In this document: one piece after another, positions 11,763 through 23,180 of the stretch
Layout of the letters: the number at the start of each line of letters is the position of its first letter
How positions within the stretch are numbered: position 1 is the stretch's first letter
DNA from: Vicugna vicugna
Taxonomy: Eukaryota
Reading direction: 5' to 3'
Length of the DNA stretch: 64,000 bases
Assembly (NCBI GenBank): GCA_013265495.1
Contig: MU058444.1
Coordinates: 806,001 to 870,000, forward strand
Notes under the pieces: model-generated
Told to the model about the DNA's origin: nothing
The model's database searches: none
Seen by the model: the letters and a program-made list of their open reading frames with translations, nothing else
Translations under genes and position numbers: made by a program

Positions 11763-12979
11763 TAATGATCCATGAATGAGTAGTATCTAATAATGTGTGA
11801 ATTTGAAACCATATTCATTGAGGGCCATTAATTGCAGGCTGTGCAGAGGTAACAAAAATATTGAAGGAGTGGAATTGCATATCGGTCAGACTTATACCAA
11901 CACATCCAATTTCATTGAATTGTAACTCAGTGGGCTGACAAGTCAATGCATTGCTGTATTACTGCTCTTTCAGGAAATATTATACTTAAGCTAAGAAGCA
12001 CGAAATCTTTTTCATGTACAGATACAGTCAGGCAGTTAATCATTCAGACTTTATTGAATTATTTTATGAATTAATAAACTAGCATCTCCATGCTCAATGG
12101 AATCTTTTCGAACTGTATGAAGGAAGTACCAGAAAAATCCTTGCCTTAAAAAGACTTAGAATGTCATTGGAAAAAAGATACACTCAATGTCCTTCTCCCA
12201 AAAGATTGGAGTTATTAAAGTCTAATAAGTCAGTTGTATGGATTGCATTTCCCCTTGGAAACACAGTTATTACAACAGTTGGTTTCGGAAGCTATATTTC
12301 AAGCCCCACTAAGCGAAATCAGTTCAACTAGAGAAATTACTATCATACACCCACATGAAATTTTTCTCTCCCTCCTGAGCACCGGAAGACAAGAGATCCA
12401 GCTGCCTTGACATAATGTGAGATCCTGTGACTAGTTTCGATCCATCAAGGGTGAGCAGAAGTGATGTTTGGACAGTGGCGAGTTCTCATAGTTCCCACAT
12501 CTGTGCAGCCTGAAGGATGGGGGTCCTGCAGGTAAGGAGTGAAGTGAACAGGAACAGACCTCCCTGGGCTGTGGAGAAGTCTTCTTGGTCAAAATAACTA
12601 AAGCGAACTCCTCGGCAGTGGGGGATAGGACGGCAGCCAACACACACAAGCAGGCTGGAGTTCAGAAGCCAGAAGGTCAGGCAAGATGCCTACAAAGTGA
12701 CACCAACCCTTTGGGGTTGACATGGCTGATTCAAGACTAAACGTAAAATACGACAGAACTGGCAGGTGTGGGGGGCAAATCTGGGAAGAAGTATCAAAAA
12801 CCCGTGCTGTGAAATTCTTATTATATTTACATGCTTTCTAATGACTGGGTTTGTCTTTACTTTTTTCAAGGTGGTAGCTAGTGGAGTCTTCAGGCCGTGA
12901 TAATCCAGTTGACCTGCTCTTCCTGGAGTCAGGAGAAGGGTGTGTGCTGACGTTTGGGCGACATTGTTAAAAGGAAGCA

Positions 12980-13210
12980 AATTTGGGAATTTGAGATTCG
13001 CAGATGGTAGCTACTATATATAAAAATAGATTTTTAAAACCCAGATTTCTTCCTTATAGCACAGGGAACTATATTCAATATCTTGTAACAACCTTTAATG
13101 AAAACGGGTATGTGTATGTATATGCATGACTGGGACATTGTGCTGGACACCAGAGATTGACACAGTGTAACTGACTATACTTCAATAAAAAATAAAATAG
13201 TAAAAAGTGA
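12980..13210 (+). mobile_element. L1 3'UTR-only insertion with TSD
   Basis: aatttgggaatttgagattcgcagat...tatagcacagggaactatattc...gtaactgactatacttcaataaaa. aaaggaagca occurs on both sides. Confidence 0.9.
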
Positions 13211-13289
13211 AAGGAAGCAGTCCTTCCCTGTCTGTGTCAGGCAGCATTTTGTTGTCTGGGGTAACTCAAGCGGGTGACAGTAAAACTCA

Positions 13290-14400
13290 GAGACAGCTGG
13301 AGACTCCAGAAGGGGACTATCCTTTGAAGATAAACCTTGGAGGTTCTGCGTTCTGTTTTTGAGAGTGAATGTATTTCCTGATCGGACATCCTGAGTTAAG
13401 AAGAAAGCTGAGTTAGAGCAGACCCCAGGATTTTAATCCTGAATGACAAGAAGAATGACAGAGCTTAACCAGCACAGCAGATCGGAGGACATCAGACAGA
13501 AGATGGGGTGTGCTGGTTTAGAGATGTTGAGTTTGAAATGATGATGGGATAGCTTACTGCATGCTGATTACGCGCCAGGCTTGCCTGTGCTGTGTGCCTG
13601 GGTTTCCCTCATGAATCCTGGGTTGAAAAATGGGAATCAAGTTTAAATGATTGGGGTAGTTAATAACATGTGCAATGTTCCGTGGTGGAGCGGAAGGGAA
13701 AATAGATAAATAATTCTGAAGGTCTCACATGCTTCACCAAGAATATAATATCTGAGTTTTATCAGAAACACTGAGCAGATGCTTGCCAGAGAAAGTAGCA
13801 GGGGAGAGGGCGAGGACAGTTATCCAGATAGAAGAATCAACAAAGCTCCGAGTGTATGAGATCACCTGCTGCATTTGGCGAACTAAAAGTAGTCTGGTCG
13901 GGACTGAGAAGAAGAAAAGGAATAATAAAAAGTAGCTTTGGAGAACATGGTTTGCAATAGCATAACGATTGTCTGGGCCATGGAATAGAATTGGGATTTT
14001 TATTAGTGATTTTCTTGGGGGGAGGATAATTAGGTTTTTCCTTCTTTATTTTTAGTGGAAGTACTGGGGATTGAACCCAGGACCTTGCGCATGCTAGGCA
14101 CACACTCTACCACTGAGCTACACCCTGTCCCTTAGAACTGGGATTTTATTCTGTAAGCATTGTGGAGCTATTACAAGATTTTAAGAAGAACAGTAACTGA
14201 TCCGATTTATATTTCAGAAAGTTCAACCAACAAGGCTGTGTGAAAAATGAACCATGCGAAGACAAGATTTAGAAAGAACATTTATTAGGTTTTTGAAATA
14301 CTTCAGATGAGAAATGATGAGAAAATCGGAAAATGATGAGGGCTTGATAATGCTATCAGTGAGGATGGAAAAGAAGGGATACTCAAGGAAGTTAGAACCC
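13290..14400 (-). mobile_element. L2 relics, interrupted by a SINE and MIR-like pieces
   Basis: Purine-rich antisense L2 texture (gttttagagatgttgagtttgaaatg; ggagctattacaagattttaagaagaacagtaactgatccgattt; cagatgagaaatgatgag). Confidence 0.55.
14004..14131 (-). mobile_element. tRNA-Ala-derived camelid SINE (Vic-1-like) with TSD
   Basis: Reverse complement has A box tagctcagtgg, B box ggttcaatccc and the cctaatta-C-rich tail. TSD tagaa(t/c)tgggatttt at 13986 and 14133. Confidence 0.92.
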
Positions 14401-15769
14401 AAACTCAGTCTACTTTGATGACATCATATGTGTCTGTTCGCTAGCTGGGCATGGCCTTGGGTGGGAGGGAAGGATGCAGTACATGAAGCTAGGATGACAT
14501 TTTCCTGGCTTGGCAGCTATTCTCTTTCACTAGCCATTTCCAGGGTCCAAAAAGGGTGCCCTCTGATTGGTAACATACACTAATCGTTCGCCTAGACGAC
14601 AGTCAGCTTGCCCCCCGTGCTTCCTGGTCTGCCCTCCTCAGGATTACAGGGGTTTATTCAGAAGTGAGAAGAGGCAAATTGGTTTCAGTGTAACCAACAG
14701 AAGTACTAAGAGACCCAAAAGATCTGAATAATGAAGTCCTTGCTTGAAGGAACGTAGGGTTTCCTCTTCAGCTGGTACTTGGGAAACTAGGCAGAGAAGC
14801 GTTAATTCAGTGGCTGCTGGTGAGAATTAGATCCCATCGCGGACCCTTCCCCTTGTCTCACATGTGATGCTGAGAGGGGTCCAGCTCCTCCTCCCGCTCA
14901 TGGTTGCCAAGAGACGAGCTCGTAGCCAGTGTATCGTAGTTCATTTCCCATCCTCCTGTGTTTCCCTTGCAATTGAACATCAAAGTAATTATCTCATTCC
15001 ACCCTTTCAAGAAAAGAGCATTTATTAGACCAACAAAAAAATTACAATAAGCTAGCAATAAAACACCCATGAAACATGAAAGCTCTTTTGCCTCTCTCAT
15101 TTAATGAGCTACTTAACTGATTTTCCTTAGAAACTTGTATGAGAAAATAAAGACCATGAACTGTTTTGTTACTGAAAGGCTCCGCTTTATTTTTGGGACA
15201 CGGTTCAACCAAGGGTATCACTGTCTTTGTGAATGCTAATAGAATAAAATTTCCATTCTGATGACCCAGAAGAAAATTTCTGAAAAATATGATTTATGTG
15301 TCCAACAATAGAGATCAGACATACCGATGCCCTGAAACACTTTGACTGGAGCAGACATGTGAGCATCTTCCCCTTTTGTTAAGAGACACAGAGGTTTCTT
15401 ATTAGGTACCGCAGATACAAGAAGCTGTGTCTGTCAGCAAGGAGAGTATTTGGGGAGGGAATGGGGAAATGGTGGCTAGTAAGAGATTATAGAAGTAATA
15501 AGGGGGAGATAAAAAGTGAAAAAGTCCACAGGACATCGTAAATAAGGACAAGCTACACCTGGAAGGTAGGGAGGCTGACTACGACTTCAGGCTGGTAAAA
15601 GGAAGAGAGTCAGAATTCATACACCCTCTTAATACATTTCAAACAGCCAGCCTCCCCTTACCTTTATGCCAGTTTTTGCTCAAGAGCGAAATGAGTAAAA
15701 CACAAGATGAGCTCACGATCCTACCCTTTAAGAGACTCCAACATCAGAGACTCTCATCGGGAGGAGTTC

Positions 15770-16005
15770 ATTGTTCCGGTTGTGAGCACTGACTTGCAAC
15801 AACATCACTTGAGTTCAATTCCCAACTTTGAAACTTGGTAGCCAAGTTACCTGCCTGTCTGGGTCTCAGTTTTTCCAGATCTGGTAGTATTTTACCCACA
15901 TGTAGTTGTGAGAATTAAATGAGGTGATATAAGTTCTTAAAACAGTGTTTTGGTTGTTTGGTTTTTTTTGCACAAAGTAGGCAGTAATTAAATATTAGCT
16001 GCAAT
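15770..16005. mobile_element. MIR relic
   Basis: cttgagttcaattcccaact...caagttacctgcctgtctgggtctcagtttt...gttgtgagaattaaatgaggtgatat. Confidence 0.7.
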
Positions 16006-16023
16006 TATTAGTGACTAAAACCT

Positions 16024-16413
16024 TGTCTAGGTTTAATTGCATCCCCTCGAAATTTGTATATTGAAGTCCCCACCCCAGCACCCTAGAATGTAGCTGTCAC
16101 TGGAGACAGGGCTTTTAAAAAGGTAAGTAAGGTGAAATGTGGTCTTACGGTTGGTGCTGTAATCCAATGTGACCAGTGTCCTTCTAAGAGGGGATTAAGA
16201 CACAGACCGGCCTGAAGGGAAACCTGGGCAAAGATGCAGGGAGAAGACACGCACCCACATCCAAGGAGAGAGGCTTCAGAGGAAACCCGCCAGGCTGACC
16301 CCTTGAGCTCAGACTTCTAGTTTCCAGGATTGGGAGAAGATAAAATTAATTTCAGTTGTTCAAGCCACCCAGTCTGCGCTGCTTCATTACAGCAGCCCTA
16401 AGAATTGACTACA
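16024..16413 (+). mobile_element. MaLR solo LTR (MLT1B-like) with perfect 5-bp TSD
   Basis: TG...CA ends, 390 bp, AACCT at 16019-16023 and 16414-16418. MLT1 motifs (ccaaggagagaggcttcagaggaaac; aagccacccagtctg). Confidence 0.92.
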
Positions 16414-17629
16414 AACCTCTCACTCTGCTGTCTGGATTTTAGCATCGCGCCACCATCAGAACAAGGAAGATATTCTAAGGTGCACATCTTCCGTCCGCTC
16501 TTCCAGGTACTGAACTTCTATTTTTGGTTCCAAACTCCTGGAAGGATATGGAGCTGGGAGATATTCGTTAACCCACTGCAGAATTACCCTCACTGAGGTA
16601 ACCTTAATGCTATACCCTCAAGTTTTTATTGAACGTTTAAGAAGAGAATTTAGGTGAATTAAGATTTGCCTAAACCCACCATGTGCCAGACAGATGCCTG
16701 ATACTCTGAAGCCTGATTATATACAGACATCAGTTTTATACCAAGTTATGTTCACAATTATATTCAGGTTGTAATGAGTCGGAATGAATTCATTTGTCTG
16801 AGTTTTAGATTTAATATTAGTCGATAATACTAAATTTGGATGAAGAATTCACTATTTTTATCTTTCTTACGTCTGCATAAAAATACACAAAACCTAAAAT
16901 GATCAATGATTTTCAATACATGATCCATACACGATGTTATAAAAAAGCTTGAGAGTGTCAGTGTCATTTAAACTAAATTTCTCCCATAAGAGCCATAATT
17001 CTTAATTTATTACCATCGAGGCTGTCATAAGCTATACACAATGAGATGGTTTCTACTGAGCTTCTATCTAAATCAGTAAACCATTCTAAACTGTTAGGCC
17101 TGAGTCTTGAGAGCTGAATCAAACACAAGGATTTATATGTTAACAACCTGTTTCTCTGTACATTCTCTGTCTTTGAATATCTGGTGAGCAGAGAGAGAAT
17201 CGGTTACAAGTTTTCTGATTTAAGGAATTAGTAACTAGAACTCTTTTTTTTTTCATTTATTTTATGATCAAGCTTTGAACGTTATCTTCTAAGTTCTTTA
17301 CAACCCAATTTACTCGTATGTGTTGACCCGTAAAAAGATTCCAGTAAAATGCCTGACACACAAAAAAGTGCCCAATGAATGTTAATTACCCAGTTCAGCT
17401 CCTGCAATCCCATCTCAGTTTGTCTAAGTATCTGCCCAGATTTGTTCGTTATTATCCTTGTCCTTAGTAACACGACAAAAATCCATATGTGCCTTTCCTT
17501 GCGTTCTTGTAAAATTTTCAAAAACTCCTGTTCTTTTGAAGTAAGATGTGACACAAATCGTGACAAAAATGCTCCTGCGAAAATGACAAGATTCTCCGAC
17601 CTGAAAGATGAGTGAGACTGAGCAGTGAC

Positions 17630-17950
17630 GTCTCACTTAGGGATGTGAAAGGAAGTGAGGACAGCGGAGGTAAACAGCACAAAGCAGGAGCCTCCAGGAA
17701 GAGGACCCAGATGGAGAGTCAGGCAGAGGCGGGGTGGGCTGGCCGCGGGACGGGCGAGGCCCGGGAAGGCTGCGTTGCCCTGTAGGGGCGATTTGACCTT
17801 ATAAGCAGCAGGGAAACAATAAAAGATGTTAAGGATGCAAGCGGCTTGGTCAGGTTTGAATTTTAGAACCTCACGGTGGCTGCAGCAGCCTGGAAGTTTC
17901 ATTCAATAAGACCCCTGCAGAAAGGGAAACCAGGGGCAGTTTAGGAGCTG
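17630..17950 (-). mobile_element. L2 relic with a GC/CpG-rich patch
   Basis: gcagggaaacaataaaagatgttaaggatgcaagcggcttggtcaggtttgaattttagaacctcacggtggctgcag resembles antisense L2. Confidence 0.55.
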
Positions 17951-18276
17951 CATCGTTGGGAACACCATGGGATCTCCAGCCTGGAAGGCAGTGAGTCAGC
18001 TGCAGGCTCTTCACCTCGGGGCGGAGGGAGGGAGCCTTGGGTTAGCAAATGAGTGAGAACTCCCCTCCCCTCCCCGTGGAAGGATTACAATTATGTCAGA
18101 CTAACACAGTTCCTCCTATGATATCATCTCTCTGGGCTCCGGTACAAATTGATTCTGTTCCAGATGGAGATTAGAGCAGTAAGCCAGACTGATATGATCT
18201 AGAACACTCCACGAGTGAAGGAAAGAACAGGGCATTGAAGAAAAGGCTGACTACTTCTGTTTAGGGACAGAGAATT

Positions 18277-18312
18277 GGGGCGGGGTTGTAGGGCAGAGGG
18301 TGGGAGGGTGGG
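18277..18312 (+). other. G-quadruplex-forming motif with GC box
   Basis: GGGGCGGGGTTGTAGGGCAGAGGGTGGGAGGGTGGG has seven G-runs of three or more. Confidence 0.7.
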
Positions 18313-19969
18313 TGATCTGCCTACAACTAGTATTAATATCTTTGCCCACATGTATTTGAGTGGTTACCTATTACTTTTTTCATATTGCAAAACTTTGTGG
18401 AACTTGATTGCATGAAAGAAGAAAAACCTTTGTATGTTTAATGCACATTATGTAGGCAAAAGCCTGATGCAAGTAAATGCAAAGCAATATATGAAGGGAG
18501 AGAAAACAGACTAAACACAGGAAAGATATCAGAAGAGTACATTCTGGGACCATGACGAGCTTCATGGAAATAAGCACATTAATGATTGCATCACTGACGT
18601 AATGGATTATGCCTGGAGTTTCACAGGCATGCAATTTCCTGCCATGTGTGACTGAAATAAAAGTGTGTAAAGAACTTAAATAAGTCCCCTTTAATTATTC
18701 CTGTCCTACTCAGAGGAACAAATTCATTCTTAGCTCCATATTTTAATTAAAAAAAAACTGTGATAACTCCTGACACTTACTTATTTTATCCTCATAATAA
18801 ACCTTATAATGTAGACACTATCGTAGTCCCATTTTACAGATGAAGAAACTGAATAACTGATCACAGTCACTAATAAATCACAGAGTCGTGACAAGGTCTA
18901 GAGGAAAAAAAAATCAGCAAAGAAAAGTTAAAGCAGACTGACATGTCAAGAGGTAGGTTCCAGACATCACCAGTTACATTTGGGTGCTCACTGGGAGAAA
19001 GCCATCACACTAGATAGATCAGAATTTTTGTAAAATATGATCAAAATTTGGTTCGATGGAATGTAGAGTCATGTGTCAAACACATCAGAAATATTACTTA
19101 GCTGTGACCTAGTCAGAACGATTTTGACCTAAGTCATTATTTGAAGAGAAAATTGGAGGAGACTGTTTCCAGCTGAATATTCTTTATTCTCTAGAGACCT
19201 TTCACGTGCCAACAGCTTGACAGATGGCGAATGATGTATCCTGGCAAAGCTGATCTAAAACTTGAAAGAGGATTCACAACGTTATTTTTATTTACAGATG
19301 ATTTTCAGCTACTTCATTGCAAATCGGGAAACTATTACTCCAAGGAGAAGCAGGGTCTTCGACTTAGTATTTTGTATAATGTTAAGATCTACTGAATGGA
19401 ATGAATCTTCAGTGTTTGACACTCAGAACTCAGGAATCATCAGTTCCTAAGGAATGAGCTTCGGCTGCCTTATCCTGCAAGCTTGAACATGTTGCCGTTT
19501 GAAGTAGCCAAACTCCCCAGGAGGCGTTTTACGACTATTAAGACTCCAGGAAACAGTACACGGCCATCACTTGCTAAATTCTTACACTGCTGTCAGAAAT
19601 AACTACTGACCTGAGTTTTTATTCTCGATATTTTTTCGTTCACTATATGAAGCAACTTTCGTAAGACAGAAAATGGAAACCTACTATAAAACGCTCCATT
19701 CCTTCTCTTTGCTCTGTGTGACAGGTATTAAGTTAAGAGAGTAACATATGAAAGTAAATTTTAATAATTTTATTAGAGACAGTGAGTTGATGTTGATGAG
19801 ACAGAGGTGAAAGGAGGTGGGAAGGTGATGGGGGAGTTAAGGGGACTCCGTGTCTTTTGGTTTGGAGAACTAGGTATGAATGAGATCATTAAGGGAAAGA
19901 ACAAAGCCCGGGAGGGAGAGCATGTCTGGGGCGGGGGCAGAAAGGCGGTGAAATAATCAGGACAGCTTT

Positions 19970-20574
19970 TGTCACCGAACAGAGAACAGAGCCACCCCCC
20001 ACCCCCACCATGTCCTCTACCTGCCTCTTGTCTGTAGAAAAACTTTACTCTCCTCGGCTTCCCTGGGCTCCAAAGAGTACATTTGATCAGAGAAGTGAAA
20101 ATGCAAAAAAGAAAGGAAAGCTGTCAAACAAGGCAAAATAATAATAGTTTAGCCATGAAACAAAGTCAAGGACCCTTAGTTCCTCCACGGGGGCTATAGA
20201 TAATATTCTGAGCCACGTCCTTTGAGCTGTTTTGCAGATACTGAAACACCCAGCAGGTGGAAGAAGTTAAGTGTGTGCTGTGCATAAGCTCACAGACCCC
20301 TAGACTGGTTGGAACCAGAGGGTTGACGCTGTTGACTCCCAATGACCTCCCCACCAACCAATCAGAAGCATGTCCACAAGCTGATCACATGCCCTTGTCT
20401 TTAAAAACCTTTCCTTGAAAGCCTTCAGAGAATTCAGGTCTTTTGAGCACTAGCTACCTGGGCTCCTTGCTTGGTGCCTGCAGTAAACACCACACTTGCC
20501 TTCACCACGACCAGAGGTCGGTTGATTGGCTTGACTACACCCGGATGAGCGGACCCACGTTTGGTTCAGGAACA
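19970..20574 (+). mobile_element. ERV1-class solo LTR
   Basis: Ends tgtcaccgaac...gttcaggaaca (imperfect inverted termini), CCAAT (aaccaatcag), TATA-like ttaaaaa and a decayed poly(A) signal agtaaa. Flanks cttt/cttg form a 3/4 TSD. Confidence 0.88.
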
Positions 20575-20639
20575 CTTGGCGTACCTCCACCACCATATCT
20601 CAGTGGCGGTGATGGCTCATGAGGACGGGGGCTCGGGAA

Positions 20640-20845
20640 CCCCGCTGCTGTCACTGATGACCTGCCTCCCACATTTCCATGTGTGTGCTGTTGGAAAAGT
20701 TCCTCAGCATCTCTGGGTTCCAGTGGTTGCCCTATAAGATGGAAACAGCTATTATACCTTCAGGGTGACTGCTGGAACTAAATGAGTGAATTCACTTAAA
20801 GTCCTGAAGAACATTGGCACAGACCAAGCCCTCAAGAACACGTGG
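20640..20845. mobile_element. MIR relic
   Basis: ttggaaaagttcctcagcatctctgggttcc...ctataagatggaaacag...aactaaatgagtgaattcacttaaagtcctgaagaac. Confidence 0.65.
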
Positions 20846-21185
20846 ACACTAAAAATCACGTATAAACCTGGATTGAGGAGCAAAGAGGAAATCAAGATGG
20901 GAGATGGAAGTATCAGCTACAGCCATTGCAGGCAGTAGGTTCCCTGTGCTATGTAGTAGGCCTTGTTGTTTATCAACTGTACTTCAATTATATATATATA
21001 TATATACACATATATCTTGTCGAAATAAATTGTATTTCTAAACAAAAAAGAAAAGTAACGGGAGTCAGCATGGTCCAAAAGGGTTCCCCTGGGGGTCAGA
21101 TGGTACTGGTGTGAGGACAGGAATGTGACCCACTTACGCTCAGTAGCAGAGCAGACTTTGGACCAAAGATTAAAACCATAATGAG

Positions 21186-21346
21186 GGGGAGGGTATCACT
21201 CAAGTGGTGGAGCACATGCCTGGCATCACAAGGTCCTGGGTTCAATCCCCAATATCTCCTCTAAATAAATAAGTAAATCTAATTAACCCCACAAAAAATA
21301 AGTAAATAAATAAAAATTAATTAATTAAACAAACAAACAAACACAC
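21186..21346 (+). mobile_element. Vic-1-like SINE with TSD
   Basis: gggggagggtatcactcaagtggtggagcacatg...gggttcaatcccc and an A-rich tail. TSD accataatgag at 21175-21185 and 21347-21357. Confidence 0.92.
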
Positions 21347-21714
21347 ACCATAATGAGACTTGCCCACAGTCCATCTGTGTGTGTTGGGTGGGGAATGAGG
21401 ACTATGGGGAGACAGTCTGACCAGCATGGAGGTGCAGTGCTGGGGTCACCAGTTGGGAACATGGATGGGTCTGAAAATGGAGACTCCTGAGTGTAAAGGT
21501 TTAGCCACTGAGTGTGCTGGACAGAGCAAGGCATTACAGTTTCTTTGCAAGAGACGTACCAGAATAGAAATGTGTTCAAGAAAAACCAGCATTTATAAGA
21601 CGAAATTTGAATAGCATGGATTCGAGTCACCAGATTTCAATGTGGCGTGATCTGCTCACAAAGCTGTTGCTCCAGTATTGGTCAGGAACCTCCAGAAATG
21701 GTTAAAATGAGAGT

Positions 21715-21985
21715 AAGTATGAAAGACTACTTTTAATGCCTTTAAAAGCTAGTTGACTACCAAAATTAAAGAGGAGGAATGTATCATGGGTTTATAGCAT
21801 ATGTACAAGTAAAACGTATGACAAAAATAGCATAGTTGTAAGGTTGTTACGTAACATGTGAAGCAATTTAATACTATTAGGGGGTAGACTGTAATTAATC
21901 AAAGGTGTACATTGCAGCCCTTCGCCACCAGTAGAACTTTTGTAAAAAGAGTTATAGCAAAGACTATGTGATATAAAAAAAATAG
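21715..21985 (+). mobile_element. Old L1M fragment
   Basis: gggtttatagcatatgtacaagtaaaacgtatgacaaaaatagc...gtagactgtaattaatcaaaggtgtacattgcagccct resembles L1MC/MD inter-ORF sequence. Confidence 0.6.
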
Positions 21986-23123
21986 TCAGGGAACATTTGA
22001 AAATGAAAGCATTTTATGTGACATTTTGATTTACCTTCCTATTATGATAGTAAATGACCTGACCACAATTATTCAAAATGTGCTTTTTTAAAAAAAAAAA
22101 ATTAGGTTCTTATTATTTCTCTCCTGTATAGAACAAGCTCGTCATTTTACAATGCATCAGGTAAGGGTGAGAACTGTCCTGCATTTAGGACATGGAAGCA
22201 AGTCTAGAGTCAGGATTCAGAGATGAAGAAACAATTTTCACAAGATAAGGAGTGGTTTACCTAGAAGACAACAAAAGAGTTTTAGATTGATTTATAATTA
22301 TTTATTCTCATCCTCTGCTGACACATACTCTTTGTGTGAATAACGTGGTCTGGGTTCCTAGGATATTATACATTCTAGTTTTTTTTTTTGCCTCAGTATA
22401 GACTTTGGCAAGCTAAGCTCTTGAAATCCATTGTACCTTTAGATCTGCATCTAAAACAAAATGGGGACAATGCCTTCCCCAGATGAACACGTGAAGAAGA
22501 TAAATAATGAGATATATAGATTATCACGTGTGTGTATTTATTTGATGGAAAATATTCAGAAAAGTCCCTAGGCAGTGGGGATAATTACAACACAGGTTTG
22601 GAGCCCAATAAACTTCATCAATTGTAAGACTCAGGACAAATTTCTTGTCTGTTGTGTGCTTTATGGCTGGTGCCTTGCAAGTGTTCAGTAAGGATGTGCT
22701 TAAGGCTGACGAGAAGTAGCTGCCATTAAAATTATTCAGGTGTTTGACCTTAGAATCTCAAACATCTGTATGATTCACGGAATATTCCCCTTAGTATTCA
22801 TCTATGGAAAAAATCCTCATGAATGACTTAAGTCTCCCAAGGACACTGAAAAGAACCCATAAATTAGTTGCATGTTATAGTAATAGGTACTCTGGTGTTA
22901 TGGAAAGATGCTTGAAGAAAAGTATTATTACCGTCCATCAAATTGTTTTCTTTTGATTTAATTCACACATGATTAAGTGCAGTTCTATTTACACCACAAA
23001 ACTGACCTTGAACGAACCTTCCAAACTCTCAGCAATAAATCTGTTTATTGAATTTTTAAATTTAGCTTTCTGATACATGTAGACTACTTATTTACATGTT
23101 TTAAATTACTTAAGATACACTAT

Positions 23124-23180
23124 GTGCTGATCTCTAGAAATTGACACATTGTAACTGAGTATGCGTCAATTAAAAACAAA
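23124..23180 (+). mobile_element. Extremely truncated L1 3' end (57 bp) with perfect 12-bp TSD
   Basis: gaaattgacacattgtaactgagtatgcgtcaattaaaaacaaa flanked by aagatacactat at 23112-23123 and 23181-23192. Confidence 0.9.

Noticed and set aside
14858..15100. 80-aa minus-strand ORF with a CpG-bearing 3' half
   Set aside because: No recognisable homology and no convincing splice-site pair.
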